Source: a virus (Duplodnaviria > Caudoviricetes). Taken from it: a stretch of 64,000 nt of DNA. The stretch's first letter is position 1. Every line of letters starts with the position of its first letter. The notes below the pieces were generated by a model. That model did no database searches and had not been told where the DNA came from. It worked only from the letters and a program-made list of their open reading frames with translations. Below, piece after piece: positions 52,576 through 62,147 of the stretch. Position numbers and translations under genes: made by a program. The stretch covers positions 3,199 through 67,198 of IMG/VR virus record IMGVR_UViG_3300023173_000017; one strand, written 5' to 3'.

Positions 52576-53984
52576 TAAATTTCTCCTCCAAATATGTTTA
52601 CGGCAGATGTTCCATTTTGTGATTTAAAGTATACTCCATTATCTTCCGACAAAGTGTACCCGCCTGTTATTGTGATAGTTTCCCTTGGCTGAATCGTTTT
52701 TGAAACAATATAGTCTTTGTTATAAAATTGTGATTTAACTGAGTGATATCCAATAAGATTATACCAGTAGGCACTTCGCCCAACATTTGATGAGTATGTC
52801 CATGTTGTCCCATCCGTTGATAGAGCAAAATTACTACTAGTGTTACTATAAGGGAACACAACAATATAATCTTGTAAGTAAGTTTCAATATTCGAACTTA
52901 CAACACTGCCAGGGGTTGTTCCGCTTGTCCATGTTATACCATCAGTTGATAATCCTATTTGAGGAGTTCCCCCTTCTATCGCAAGGAAAGATTTTGTTGA
53001 TGTTATGCTATTAGCATCATACGCTATTGTTCCAGTAGGTATTGTGTACCTTGTCCAGGTAATTCCGTCTGTTGATTGATCAAGTGCTGTTGCGTTATTG
53101 TTTACGTTATCTGCTGATCTAACAGCAAAGAATTTTCCTAAATATTCTGAATAAATTAATTCTTGTATTGTTCCTAACCCAGTTGTTGATGGAAGGGATG
53201 TTGTTGTCCAAGTTTGACCCTCATCTGTTGAATAGTAGGCACCAGTACCTGCTGCCGACACCAAAACCAAAGTTCCTGATCCATATTGATCAGCACTAGG
53301 GTTATACACATATTCATCTGGACCGAATGCCATGAGTAGGTCAGTTTCAGTGAGTCCTGTAGTAACCTCCGTGGGATTAAAGGAGGCAGCATCGGCAGGG
53401 AAAAAATCATCTAGTATTTTATAAACCGCCCCATCTTGTGTGGTAGACCACCAGTACCCGTGTGCAAAAGTAAAACCGTATATATCTTGGGTGGAGGTAT
53501 TTCCTACCAGATTAACAACACTTGCTCCGTTGTCTGGAGTTGGTGGAACTCTTCCCCCTTTTTCAACTACTTCAGCGTAAGACTGCCCTCTATACCCCAT
53601 TGCAATTTTTGCATTTTTTGGATTATTGGCAGACTGTGACTGATTAGTGGCCCTAAAATACAATTTCGAGTCAGCAGATGTAGAGGGGCCACTGACTGTT
53701 TGATAACCAGTGCCTTGATTATATGCATCTCCTTCTTCAAAATAAAGTCCTGCTGCAAAATCTTGGATTGTATCGTTTGCAAAAATTCCTGCATATGAAG
53801 AATAATCAATAACTACCTGTGGTTCGGAGTCTGTAATAAGTAGTTCAACAGTGTCGGCGGTATCAGAATTATTAGTGATATGCATTGATCTAACAACAGC
53901 AGATGTTGATGTAGGTGGAGTATAAACCTCCACAGTGGTATCTTTAGTTGGGGATGAACTCCCTAGTTTCTTATATTCTGTCAT
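52575..53984 (-). CDS. Asp-box beta-propeller adhesin inserted in adaptor fold
   Basis: STDEGQTW, STDGITW x2, STDGTTW; N/C termini match 43192..43521 fold. Confidence 0.8.
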   Translation of the reverse strand: MTEYKKLGSSSPTKDTTVEVYTPPTSTSAVVRSMHITNNSDTADTVELLITDSEPQVVIDYSSYAGIFANDTIQDFAAGLYFEEGDAYNQGTGYQTVSGPSTSADSKLYFRATNQSQSANNPKNAKIAMGYRGQSYAEVVEKGGRVPPTPDNGASVVNLVGNTSTQDIYGFTFAHGYWWSTTQDGAVYKILDDFFPADAASFNPTEVTTGLTETDLLMAFGPDEYVYNPSADQYGSGTLVLVSAAGTGAYYSTDEGQTWTTTSLPSTTGLGTIQELIYSEYLGKFFAVRSADNVNNNATALDQSTDGITWTRYTIPTGTIAYDANSITSTKSFLAIEGGTPQIGLSTDGITWTSGTTPGSVVSSNIETYLQDYIVVFPYSNTSSNFALSTDGTTWTYSSNVGRSAYWYNLIGYHSVKSQFYNKDYIVSKTIQPRETITITGGYTLSEDNGVYFKSQNGTSAVNIFGGEI

Positions 53985-55390
53985 GATAGTTCTACTCCAT
54001 ATGTTGAAAATGTAAGATCTGATGTTGCCGTTGTTCCATCGTATGTTGTATTACCAACAAAGTTTTCTCTTACTCCTATTGTTGCTGAAGCAGATAGGCA
54101 AACTCCTGTTTCTAAAACTAATGTTTCATTTGGTAGTATCTCTGATTGAGTATACAAAACATTTTCTGTAGGGGCAGAGTAATCTTTAATTTCTCTAACT
54201 ACCCCGACATAGTGATTTCCACTAAAGCGGCCTGTTGTTACATCATCCCATGTAGTATTTGGGGTATGTGGATAAGTAAGTGTTTTAGTATTTCCAGCAC
54301 TTGTCACATAAACAAGATTTTTTCCATTATATAGGTACGATTCAGGATAACTAGTTCCAGCACTAGATATTTCTGCGCTCCAAGTAGACAGGTCAGTGCT
54401 GTAATAGGAACTACCAGCAGCAGTGTGGAATAGGTATCCATCCTTGTATTTCATGACATGGGTCCAGGTGTTTCCACTAGCACCTGCCAAAGTGTGAATA
54501 AAAAACGAATTCCAAGTTTCTCCATCTTCACTGTATTGAACTGCGGGATTTGTAACTGTTGGTTCCCAGACAAAGAATTTGTCTTTTGCAAAAACAAGTT
54601 TATTGGTAGCACTGCTTAGTCCTTGAGCAAGTGTTTTACTCGTCCAACCTATGACATTATCTGATACTGAAACAGTGTTTATGTTAGAAGTTTCTGCAAG
54701 TACTACAAATTTTCCATTTCCATATGCAGAATGCCTATGGTAGTTTGAACTCAATTGGCTTCCTGAAGAATTGTATTGTTTAGGCAGAGTGAAAAGTGTC
54801 CAAAGGGTTCCTCCGTCAGTGCTGTAAAGTGCTCTATGGTTATTTGTTCCAGTAACATATAATATCTGTCTTCCTTCTGGATTAAATACATAATTTCCCA
54901 CGGTGCCATCATAATACATTGTTGAACCAGTCCACAGACCACTACGGGAATCACCGCCTCCAAGAACCTTCCAGGTTGTTGCGTCTGTAGACTGCCATAA
55001 TGGATAAAAGGCATTGTTAACGGCAGCAATATATTTTTGTTCGTTTTCCCACCATGTAAGAGAACTATTATTGTCTGTGGGCTGATCTAATTCATCGGGT
55101 TTTAGACCAATTGCGGTAGTTGTTGTCCATGTTAAGCCATCAGTGCTTCTGTGAACTTCATTGTAGGTGGTTCCGCTAATTTCTCCAATGACGATAAAGT
55201 CATATACTGTGTCCTGTCTTGTTGGAGAAGAGTCATAAACTGCAATATCGAAAGTGGCAGAGTCAGCGGATCTATTGATAACGGTTATATTGGAAACTAA
55301 AGTCTCTGTTGATGCTGGAGTTGTATAAAGAGTTTGCTCTGAATTATCTGTTGGTGCGACAGATCCAAGTTTCTTGTATGTTTCAGCCAT
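53981..55390 (-). CDS. Asp-box beta-propeller adhesin inserted in adaptor fold (paralogue)
   Basis: STDGLTW, STDATTW, STDGGTLW, SEDGETW, STDLSTW; YKKLGS N-terminus shared with neighbour. Confidence 0.8.
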   Translation of the reverse strand: MAETYKKLGSVAPTDNSEQTLYTTPASTETLVSNITVINRSADSATFDIAVYDSSPTRQDTVYDFIVIGEISGTTYNEVHRSTDGLTWTTTTAIGLKPDELDQPTDNNSSLTWWENEQKYIAAVNNAFYPLWQSTDATTWKVLGGGDSRSGLWTGSTMYYDGTVGNYVFNPEGRQILYVTGTNNHRALYSTDGGTLWTLFTLPKQYNSSGSQLSSNYHRHSAYGNGKFVVLAETSNINTVSVSDNVIGWTSKTLAQGLSSATNKLVFAKDKFFVWEPTVTNPAVQYSEDGETWNSFFIHTLAGASGNTWTHVMKYKDGYLFHTAAGSSYYSTDLSTWSAEISSAGTSYPESYLYNGKNLVYVTSAGNTKTLTYPHTPNTTWDDVTTGRFSGNHYVGVVREIKDYSAPTENVLYTQSEILPNETLVLETGVCLSASATIGVRENFVGNTTYDGTTATSDLTFSTYGVELS

Positions 55391-55450
55391 TATTCATCTT
55401 TACCGTTCTTATTTTTATTTTCCACATTTAGTATATATTTTATCATACTT

Positions 55451-56890
55451 TTAGGCTCCTATCGCAAACATTGTGTGAAGTGTAGCGGAAGATCCTCCTC
55501 CACCGCCACCCGTACCTAGCGGTCCTACTGTAGATCCATTTACTTGAATAAAAAGTCCACTAGTGGTTGACCACATATCTCCATCTGTTGGAGATGTTGG
55601 TGCAGTTCCGTGTGGTATTCTTAAAGTTGATAGAGAAGTTGTTGCCTGAGTGCCAACAATTGTTCCTGTCGATGTTAATCCAGGTACAGTGACGGTTCCT
55701 GTAAATGTTGGAGAATTTATTGGTGCTTTATCGGTATGATCATGGCTATCGTCTGCAACTGTTGCCGATATAGATACCCCAGAACTTCCATCAAATGATG
55801 CTGACCCACTAACATCTCCTGTAAGAGATATACTTTGTGCAGAAGCAAGTGCTGTTGCAGTTGCAGCATTTCCTGATGTATCGGCATTTATTGTTGAGGG
55901 TAGACTAATAGTTATAGAACCTGCTGAAGCAGAAACTTCTACCTCGCTCGCTGTTCCAGTTAGCGATGTAACGCCTGTGTTTTCAATTACTACAGATGCC
56001 CCCTCTCCTGTTCCAGTAACAGAAAGTCCGTTTCCTGTAGCAGAAACATCAGCAACGTAGTCTCCCGTAGTGTCTGCTCCTAATTCTACTGAATCTGCCT
56101 CAATAGTTGCAGAAACAGTTACGTCTCCTGTTCCATCAAATGATGCGGAACCTGAAAGATCTCCTCCAAGGGATATTGTTCTAGCAGTTTCTAGGGAGGT
56201 TGCCGTTGCAGCATTTCCTGTGTAATTGCTGTTAGAAAGTACTTCTGTTCCATTAATCTTTAGAACTTTTCCAGTAGCAAGATCTATATTTTCAGATGAG
56301 GTCCAAGAGTCTGTTGAATCTATCCAGTTAAAGGTTTTGTCTGTTGTACCCTTAAGAGTGATACCGCCGCCGTCTGCGGAGGTATCGGTGGGAGAACCAG
56401 TTGAACCTAACTCAATGTTCTTGTCATCTACTGTAACGGTTGTAGAATTTACGGTAGTAGTGGTACCATTAACAGTTAGGTTTCCACCTACTGTCAAATC
56501 TGTAGATATATTAACACTGTCTGGAAGGCCAATAATAACTGAGCCACTTGAAGCAGATACCTCAACCTCTGATGCAGTACCTGCAAGAGAAACAACACCC
56601 TCGTTGGTTATTGTTACAGAAGCACTTTCGGAACCTTCTCCAGAAAGGCTTACACCCGATCCTGCAACCAACGTCTCTACATAATTTCCTGTGGTATCTG
56701 TGCCAAGTTCTACTGAGTCTACTATCGCATCAGCCTTGACGTACTCAAGAGAGTTCCACGCTGTAGAGCCGTCACCCAGTTTGATTTTATTTTCATCAGT
56801 TACAAATCCAATTTCTCCACTATCTAGTGTTGGATTATTTGAAGACCACTGACTAGCGGTATCTCTTCTGACTTGAATTTTAGTTGCCAA
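55451..56890 (-). CDS. Fibre protein with Mtd-N-like N-terminal domain
   Basis: TTG start; KIQVRRDTASQWSSNNPTLDSGEIGF...KLGDGSTAWNSLEY; SGSASFDG modules. Confidence 0.8.
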   Translation of the reverse strand: MATKIQVRRDTASQWSSNNPTLDSGEIGFVTDENKIKLGDGSTAWNSLEYVKADAIVDSVELGTDTTGNYVETLVAGSGVSLSGEGSESASVTITNEGVVSLAGTASEVEVSASSGSVIIGLPDSVNISTDLTVGGNLTVNGTTTTVNSTTVTVDDKNIELGSTGSPTDTSADGGGITLKGTTDKTFNWIDSTDSWTSSENIDLATGKVLKINGTEVLSNSNYTGNAATATSLETARTISLGGDLSGSASFDGTGDVTVSATIEADSVELGADTTGDYVADVSATGNGLSVTGTGEGASVVIENTGVTSLTGTASEVEVSASAGSITISLPSTINADTSGNAATATALASAQSISLTGDVSGSASFDGSSGVSISATVADDSHDHTDKAPINSPTFTGTVTVPGLTSTGTIVGTQATTSLSTLRIPHGTAPTSPTDGDMWSTTSGLFIQVNGSTVGPLGTGGGGGGSSATLHTMFAIGA

Positions 56891-56926
56891 TTTTATTCAC
56901 CTATTCCTTTTTATTATATCATAAAA

Positions 56927-57478
56927 TTAGGAAGTTCCTCCATCCACTTCTACCTCAAAAACATTGGTTCCAGCGTTTCCGCCTTGAACTGAAAGAGAAA
57001 AGTTTTCTGTTGAAGAACTTCCAGCAGACAGAGATTCCCCTGAAACATATGTGTCAGACAGGTCGGAGTTTCCTCCATCATAAACATTTATAAAAGTTGT
57101 TGTTGATGAATCTCCACCGTCCATTTCTCCATGGCCGCTTTCTGTAAAATCTGTTGAAGAAGATCCGCCAACTATTGATGCGACCTCATCAAAGAAGGCC
57201 AACTCTCTCCATGCGGAGTTGTAATATATAGCCAATCTTCCAGTTTGTATGTTGTAAAAAAGTTTTCCGTTTTGTGCATCGGTTGGATAAGCAAATCCAA
57301 AATCTACTGTTGATGAAGAAGAACTTGATCCAGAACTAGTTATTGAAGACCAGTCTGTTCCGTTATGAATCTTTAGATTTTCATCTGTACTGTTGTAATA
57401 AAGTTCTCCTTCTGAACCCGCTGCTGGGTTTGAAGACAAAGAAATCAACTTTATTGGTGTTAAAAACTTTGCTGACAT
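56927..57478 (-). CDS. Ser-rich virion-associated protein with DGG repeats
   Basis: GSEGELYYNSTD, GKLFYN; MDGG, YDGG, QGG, VDGG. Confidence 0.7.
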   Translation of the reverse strand: MSAKFLTPIKLISLSSNPAAGSEGELYYNSTDENLKIHNGTDWSSITSSGSSSSSSTVDFGFAYPTDAQNGKLFYNIQTGRLAIYYNSAWRELAFFDEVASIVGGSSSTDFTESGHGEMDGGDSSTTTFINVYDGGNSDLSDTYVSGESLSAGSSSTENFSLSVQGGNAGTNVFEVEVDGGTS

Positions 57479-57501
57479 ATATACATTATACCTTTCTGAT
57501 A

Positions 57502-57532
57502 TGGAGGGGGGTAATAATTCTACCCCCCTCCA
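57502..57532 (-). terminator. Intrinsic terminator after 57541..59103
   Basis: GGAGGGGGGTA/TACCCCCCTCC 11-bp stem. Confidence 0.75.
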
Positions 57533-57540
57533 ACATCATA

Positions 57541-59103
57541 CTAACCAACAATAACGACTCTGAATTCGTTGCTTGATGGTGCTGTTGCAAATGATACAGT
57601 AACTGTATTTACATCTGTTCTAACAACGTCAACAATGACTGAATCATATGTTGAATTGTCGTATACATTTACTGTTACATCTCTTGTACCCAAATTATGA
57701 GTAACTGCAAAAGATGTGTTTGATCCATTTCCTAGGTTAGCAGATGCCTTCTTTGTGAAAGAATCTGTTACCAACTTTGCTTCCAGGGTTGCAATATCAA
57801 TTGCCAGCCCAGCAGAGTCGTCCAGGTAACTTGTTGTAGCAAGATTAACATCTGCCTTCAACTCTGGTGTTGCATCTGTGTAAGTGAGATTTACGGTTGA
57901 TGTGTTTGCAACCATATCACCTACTGCATCCTGTGATGCCTCAGTGAAATCACTTATATCAGTTGATGCTGCGTCCCCAGAAAGGAGAACGGTCTTGTAT
58001 GTAGAACCGTCAGTAGTGGCTTCCCACTCATCTCCAGTCTCGTTCCAACGTAGAGCAACATTTGTAGAATCACCACGCTCAATCTCAATTCCAGCGTTTT
58101 CGGTGGGAGATCCAGTGGCGTTGGAGTTAAGAGTGATGATGTTGTCTGCAAGAGAAATAGTCTCTGTATTGACCGTTGTGGTGGTTCCAGAAACAGTTAG
58201 GTCTCCATTTACAACTAGGTCATTACTAACAGTAAGATCGTTTCCGATTGTTACATCGTCTGGTAATCCTACTGTAATAGCACCTACAGATGCTGATACC
58301 TCAATTTCATTTGCTGTTCCAGTCAGAGAATCTACTGCCGATCCTGAGTCCAGGGTAGCGGAGATTGTAATATCTGATGTACCATCAAATGATGCAGATC
58401 CGCTAAGGTCACCTCCTAAAGAAATGGTTCTTGGGGTTTCTAGGGCAGTTGCTGTATCTGCATTACCAGTCAAGTCACCAACAACATCTACTGTTATGCT
58501 TGATGGCAGACCTAGTGTTACAGCCCCTGTTGATCCAGAAACTGTAATCTCGTTTGTTGTTCCTGAAAGAGAAACTACACCAGCGTTTGTTACAACTACG
58601 CCAGCACCCTCTCCAGTACCAGAAACTGAAATTCCAGTTCCTGCACTAACACTTTCTACATAATCTCCTGTAGTGTCTGTTCCTAGTTCAACACTATCAG
58701 GCTGTATTGTTGCAGAAATTGTTACGTTTGCCGTTCCATCAAAAGAAGCAGAGCCAGATAGGTCTCCTCCTAGAGATATAGCGCGAGCAGTCTCTAGAGC
58801 AGTTGCGGTTGCAGCATTTCCAGTAGTGTCTGCATTGATTGTGCTAGGCAATGAAATTGTTATAGATCCATCTGATGTTGGGGAAGAAACGGTGATTTCA
58901 TTTGCTGTTCCTGAAACGGAAGTTATTGGAGCAACAAATTCCCAGGAAGATCCGTTATAAACCTTTAGCCTGTCGGATGTTGTATTGAAATAAATCCTTC
59001 CCTCAAAAAGGTCTGTTGATGGATCTGACGCTGCCTTCTCAAATGTTGAATTAAGAAGTTGATTTCCTGCCAAATCAAGATCGGTTAATAATCTTTGTGC
59101 CAT
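57541..59103 (-). CDS. Ser/Thr-rich fibre protein
   Basis: Shares SGSASFDG, DSVELGTDTTG, GTANEITVS modules with 55451..56890; C-terminal VTHNLGTRDV...FRVVIVG. Confidence 0.8.
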   Translation of the reverse strand: MAQRLLTDLDLAGNQLLNSTFEKAASDPSTDLFEGRIYFNTTSDRLKVYNGSSWEFVAPITSVSGTANEITVSSPTSDGSITISLPSTINADTTGNAATATALETARAISLGGDLSGSASFDGTANVTISATIQPDSVELGTDTTGDYVESVSAGTGISVSGTGEGAGVVVTNAGVVSLSGTTNEITVSGSTGAVTLGLPSSITVDVVGDLTGNADTATALETPRTISLGGDLSGSASFDGTSDITISATLDSGSAVDSLTGTANEIEVSASVGAITVGLPDDVTIGNDLTVSNDLVVNGDLTVSGTTTTVNTETISLADNIITLNSNATGSPTENAGIEIERGDSTNVALRWNETGDEWEATTDGSTYKTVLLSGDAASTDISDFTEASQDAVGDMVANTSTVNLTYTDATPELKADVNLATTSYLDDSAGLAIDIATLEAKLVTDSFTKKASANLGNGSNTSFAVTHNLGTRDVTVNVYDNSTYDSVIVDVVRTDVNTVTVSFATAPSSNEFRVVIVG

Positions 59104-59120
59104 TTAAATTCATCTCCTTT

Positions 59121-59570
59121 CTAAGATAAATATGCAGTTCCCGATATTGGTTCTGAAAAAGTTGCTATTGTACTATTTTCACTAACATATTCTAAATCGC
59201 ACAATATCACTTCGCCATTATCGTCAACTATTGTTATATTTGGAGTAAAGCCCAGGGTGTGAGCAATATTCCATACAGTAGAAGGAGATTGTTGAGTATA
59301 TATTTGGGCAACATCTGTAGAATTTGCTCCCAAAAACACCCCTTCTCCCCAGCCACTTTCTGTTTTTGGTCCAAAAAGTTTGGTGGTAGTAGTATTAATA
59401 TACTGATCACCAATCAGACCAATAACTGGAGAAGGGTCTCCCGCTCCAGATAATATATTAGATCCCCTAGACCCTTGAGGTCCAGAAGTTCCAAGTTCTA
59501 TTGTTGTATGTTGATTTAAAACTTCTACTGATACAGAAGCATCAACAACTTCTACGGTTACATCTGGCAT
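59121..59570 (-). CDS. Fibre adaptor with short collagen triplets
   Basis: GPQGSRGSNILSGAGDP...GDQYIN; WNIAHTLG. Confidence 0.6.
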   Translation of the reverse strand: MPDVTVEVVDASVSVEVLNQHTTIELGTSGPQGSRGSNILSGAGDPSPVIGLIGDQYINTTTTKLFGPKTESGWGEGVFLGANSTDVAQIYTQQSPSTVWNIAHTLGFTPNITIVDDNGEVILCDLEYVSENSTIATFSEPISGTAYLS

Positions 59571-59917
59571 TAATCTGTCACTCCCGCAGTAACTATAAAC
59601 TTACCTTCAATTAGCCTTGTAACCTCTAAAGAAACAGATATGAGTTCTAAATCGTAAATATACTTTGTTGGGTATATTGAGTTTGTTTCACTAGCGTCAA
59701 TTAAAATAAGAATAGTTCCATATGACCCACCTAGTATTATTTTATTATTCTCTGTTGTTAAATCTAATACTGAAGATGTGCTAGTTAATGACTCCTTCAC
59801 CTTCATTCTTGCGGAATAACCGCCAAGATCTACTGGTTCTCCACCTATTTTCCAGGTTAATTGTTGAGAAAAAGTAGATCCTTGAGGACAAACAAAATTA
59901 TATTTTCCTGGTAGCAT
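59570..59917 (-). CDS. Small Ig-like (BppU-like) anchor protein
   Basis: YNFVCPQGSTF...VDLGGYSARMKV...YIYDLEL...RLIEGKFIVTAGVT. Confidence 0.6.
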   Translation of the reverse strand: MLPGKYNFVCPQGSTFSQQLTWKIGGEPVDLGGYSARMKVKESLTSTSSVLDLTTENNKIILGGSYGTILILIDASETNSIYPTKYIYDLELISVSLEVTRLIEGKFIVTAGVTD

Positions 59918-60024
59918 CTACAAAAAATCTCCCAATTTTTATTAATCTTATTATATCACCTTTATTAAATGCTAGCCATAGCAACGATTCAATAACAATA
60001 TTTAAAAAATTGCATATAAAACTC

Positions 60025-60052
60025 TTGACACCTGTTTTTGATGGTGTAGTAT
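60025..60052 (+). promoter_or_regulatory. Primary-sigma promoter for thyX
   Basis: TTGACA-16 nt-TAGTAT. Confidence 0.65.
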
Positions 60053-60145
60053 ATATAACCAATAGGGATGAAGAGTAAAAAACTGTCTTCCTCACTCTCT
60101 GGATCTACTGATCGCCGCAGGCGATTTCTTAAAAGGAAGGTAAAA

Positions 60146-60832
60146 GTGAAGGTTTTAGAAAAAGGGTATATAAAACTAGTAAACAATATGGGTTCTGATA
60201 TTGATGTAGTAAATAGTGCAAGAGTTAGTTTTAATAAAGAAGTCCAATCTCTTTCTGATAGTGATACAAAACTAATAAACTTTTTGATAAAACATAAGCA
60301 TGATTCTACCTTAAGACATTGTGTAATGACTTTTGAAGTATATGCTCCTCTAATGGTAGCAAGGCAATGGTGGAAGCATCATATTGGGGCAACTATGATT
60401 GATGAACAAGATGGTTGGAATGAATCATCACGACGCTATATTACGGAGGAAGAAGAATTCTATATTCCTATGCCAATGGAGTGGCGCAGTGCTCCTGAAA
60501 ATCGCAAGCAAGGAAGCGGAAAGCCTGTTATAGCAGACATTGGTGCCAAGTACACCAGGCAATTAGAAAAGATGGTTGTAGAAGGCGATAGGCTTTATAA
60601 GGAAGCATTGGAAGACGGTATCGCACCAGAACAGGCACGACTCTTGCTACCCGCCTACAGCATGTATGTACGGTGGCGTTGGACGGTAAGCCTGAATGGA
60701 GTGCTACACTTTATATCACTGAGAGACAAGGAAGATGCTCAATATGAAATCAGAGAGTATGCTAGAGCCGTTAATACCGTTGCCCACCAGTTGTATCCCG
60801 CAACAACAGCGGCTTGGAACGAGCACCGCTAA
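60146..60832 (+). CDS. thyX: Flavin-dependent thymidylate synthase
   Basis: VVNSARVS, VARQWWKHH, WNESSRRY, EQARLLLP, AQYEIR; GTG 60146 with SD AGGAAGG (alternative in-frame ATG 60068). Confidence 0.95.
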   Translation: MKVLEKGYIKLVNNMGSDIDVVNSARVSFNKEVQSLSDSDTKLINFLIKHKHDSTLRHCVMTFEVYAPLMVARQWWKHHIGATMIDEQDGWNESSRRYITEEEEFYIPMPMEWRSAPENRKQGSGKPVIADIGAKYTRQLEKMVVEGDRLYKEALEDGIAPEQARLLLPAYSMYVRWRWTVSLNGVLHFISLRDKEDAQYEIREYARAVNTVAHQLYPATTAAWNEHR

Positions 60833-61103
60833 GTCTCCTAGAGCACGCAAGCGTGCAGCAAAATGGAGGTTGGCACAAATTATCAAATCTGATAAGGGAT
60901 GCATTGATTGCGGGTATAACGAAAGCCCCTATGCCTTGCAGTTTGACCATATCTCTGATAATAAAAAAGCAAATGTCTCAAATCTAATACGATCAGATTA
61001 CAGTTGGGTAACAATAAAGGCAGAGATTGATAAATGTGAAATTGTATGTGCTAATTGTCATGCCGTAAGAACTCACAAAAGAAAAACTACTTCATACTCT
61101 TGA
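60735..61103 (+). CDS. HNH-like endonuclease (start uncertain)
   Basis: GCIDCG...LQFDH...CEIVCANCHAVRT. Confidence 0.8.
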   Translation: MLNMKSESMLEPLIPLPTSCIPQQQRLGTSTAKSPRARKRAAKWRLAQIIKSDKGCIDCGYNESPYALQFDHISDNKKANVSNLIRSDYSWVTIKAEIDKCEIVCANCHAVRTHKRKTTSYS

Positions 61104-61428
61104 TGTGCTGATAAAGTTCATCTATCTTGTCTTTTAGTGCAATATTTTCTTTCATCAGTGCCTCATTCTGAATCTTAAGTTCTTTCAGATCACCTCTGAG
61201 TGCTTCATTTTCATAAATGAGTTCTTGTATCTTATCTTTTGCCTCTACCAACTCTTTCCTGAGTTCATTCATTGTTATCTGCATTGTTTCTACAGCATTT
61301 TGAGATGACTCAGATAGGGCGTTATAAATATCTGATATGTGCTTTTTTCTGTTTACAAACCATGTTGCGAATGCTGCAAGTGGAGCGGCAAGTACACCTA
61401 CTATTGCAACAATTATGCTTGTGTCCAT
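61087..61428 (-). CDS. Membrane-anchored coiled-coil protein (lysis-module type)
   Basis: One N-terminal TM segment then long heptad coil. Confidence 0.7.
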   Translation of the reverse strand: MDTSIIVAIVGVLAAPLAAFATWFVNRKKHISDIYNALSESSQNAVETMQITMNELRKELVEAKDKIQELIYENEALRGDLKELKIQNEALMKENIALKDKIDELYQHIKSMK

Positions 61429-61868
61429 TATCTAGTAAGACTCCTATAAAAATTATACAAATCTAATGATCTAAATAATGATGATACTGCCATTCCAATC
61501 CAAATTGTTAGCCAAATAGCCCATGACAGCCAATTTTCTGCACCGCCTACAAAGAATACGCTTAAATATGATAGTGATGTAGCAACCGCAGCCGCAGCAA
61601 TGAACCCCCAGCCATACATCTCTGCCATAAGTGATGAAACAGGGTGGTTGTTCCTATGACAAGTAAGCGACCACATAATCGCGGCGGCAGAAATCATAAA
61701 GTATGCACAAATAATATGCATTAACCATAAATAACCCTCAACAGCAGACTCTGGAAAACCATCATCTACTATCCCGTATAGTCCTAGCATAAACAATACA
61801 AATGCTACATAAAAGTCAAAGGGGCGTTCGCGCATTTTATTGCGGAACACCCCTTCGACTACGTTCAT
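61428..61868 (-). CDS. Four-TM membrane protein
   Basis: Four hydrophobic segments; SD AGGAG upstream. Confidence 0.75.
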   Translation of the reverse strand: MNVVEGVFRNKMRERPFDFYVAFVLFMLGLYGIVDDGFPESAVEGYLWLMHIICAYFMISAAAIMWSLTCHRNNHPVSSLMAEMYGWGFIAAAAVATSLSYLSVFFVGGAENWLSWAIWLTIWIGMAVSSLFRSLDLYNFYRSLTR

Positions 61869-61916
61869 TGTATTTAATTTTCTCCTAAAAAAGTTATAAA
61901 AATATTATAACACTTT

Positions 61917-62147
61917 TTACTCCTTAGAAAGGAGCGAGGGAGAGTTCTTGTCTGACCCAATATTCTTAGAAATAATGGATGTTGCGTAAGACAAAATTGC
62001 TGCACCTACTGAGACACCAATAATCTGTGCCCAGTCAGCGGTGAACGCATTAAATACCTCTGCACCAGCAACTAATGCTAAAAAGGTTTGAGCCAAAGTC
62101 TTAATTGCTCTTTCGCTTGCGTCAGTGATGAACTGCTTTGTAAACAT
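61917..62147 (-). CDS. Holin, r1t-like
   Basis: ASERAIKTLAQT...ADWAQIIGVS...LSYATSI. Confidence 0.85.
   Translation of the reverse strand: MFTKQFITDASERAIKTLAQTFLALVAGAEVFNAFTADWAQIIGVSVGAAILSYATSIISKNIGSDKNSPSLLSKE

Noticed and set aside
55451-56890. Diversity-generating retroelement suggested by Mtd-N-like domain
   Set aside because: No reverse transcriptase, no TR/VR pair differing at adenines, and no C-type lectin C-terminus seen; Mtd-N is common in ordinary fibres
60040-60060. NrdR box upstream of thyX
   Set aside because: ATATAT core present but flanks do not fit the acaCwAtATaTwGtg consensus
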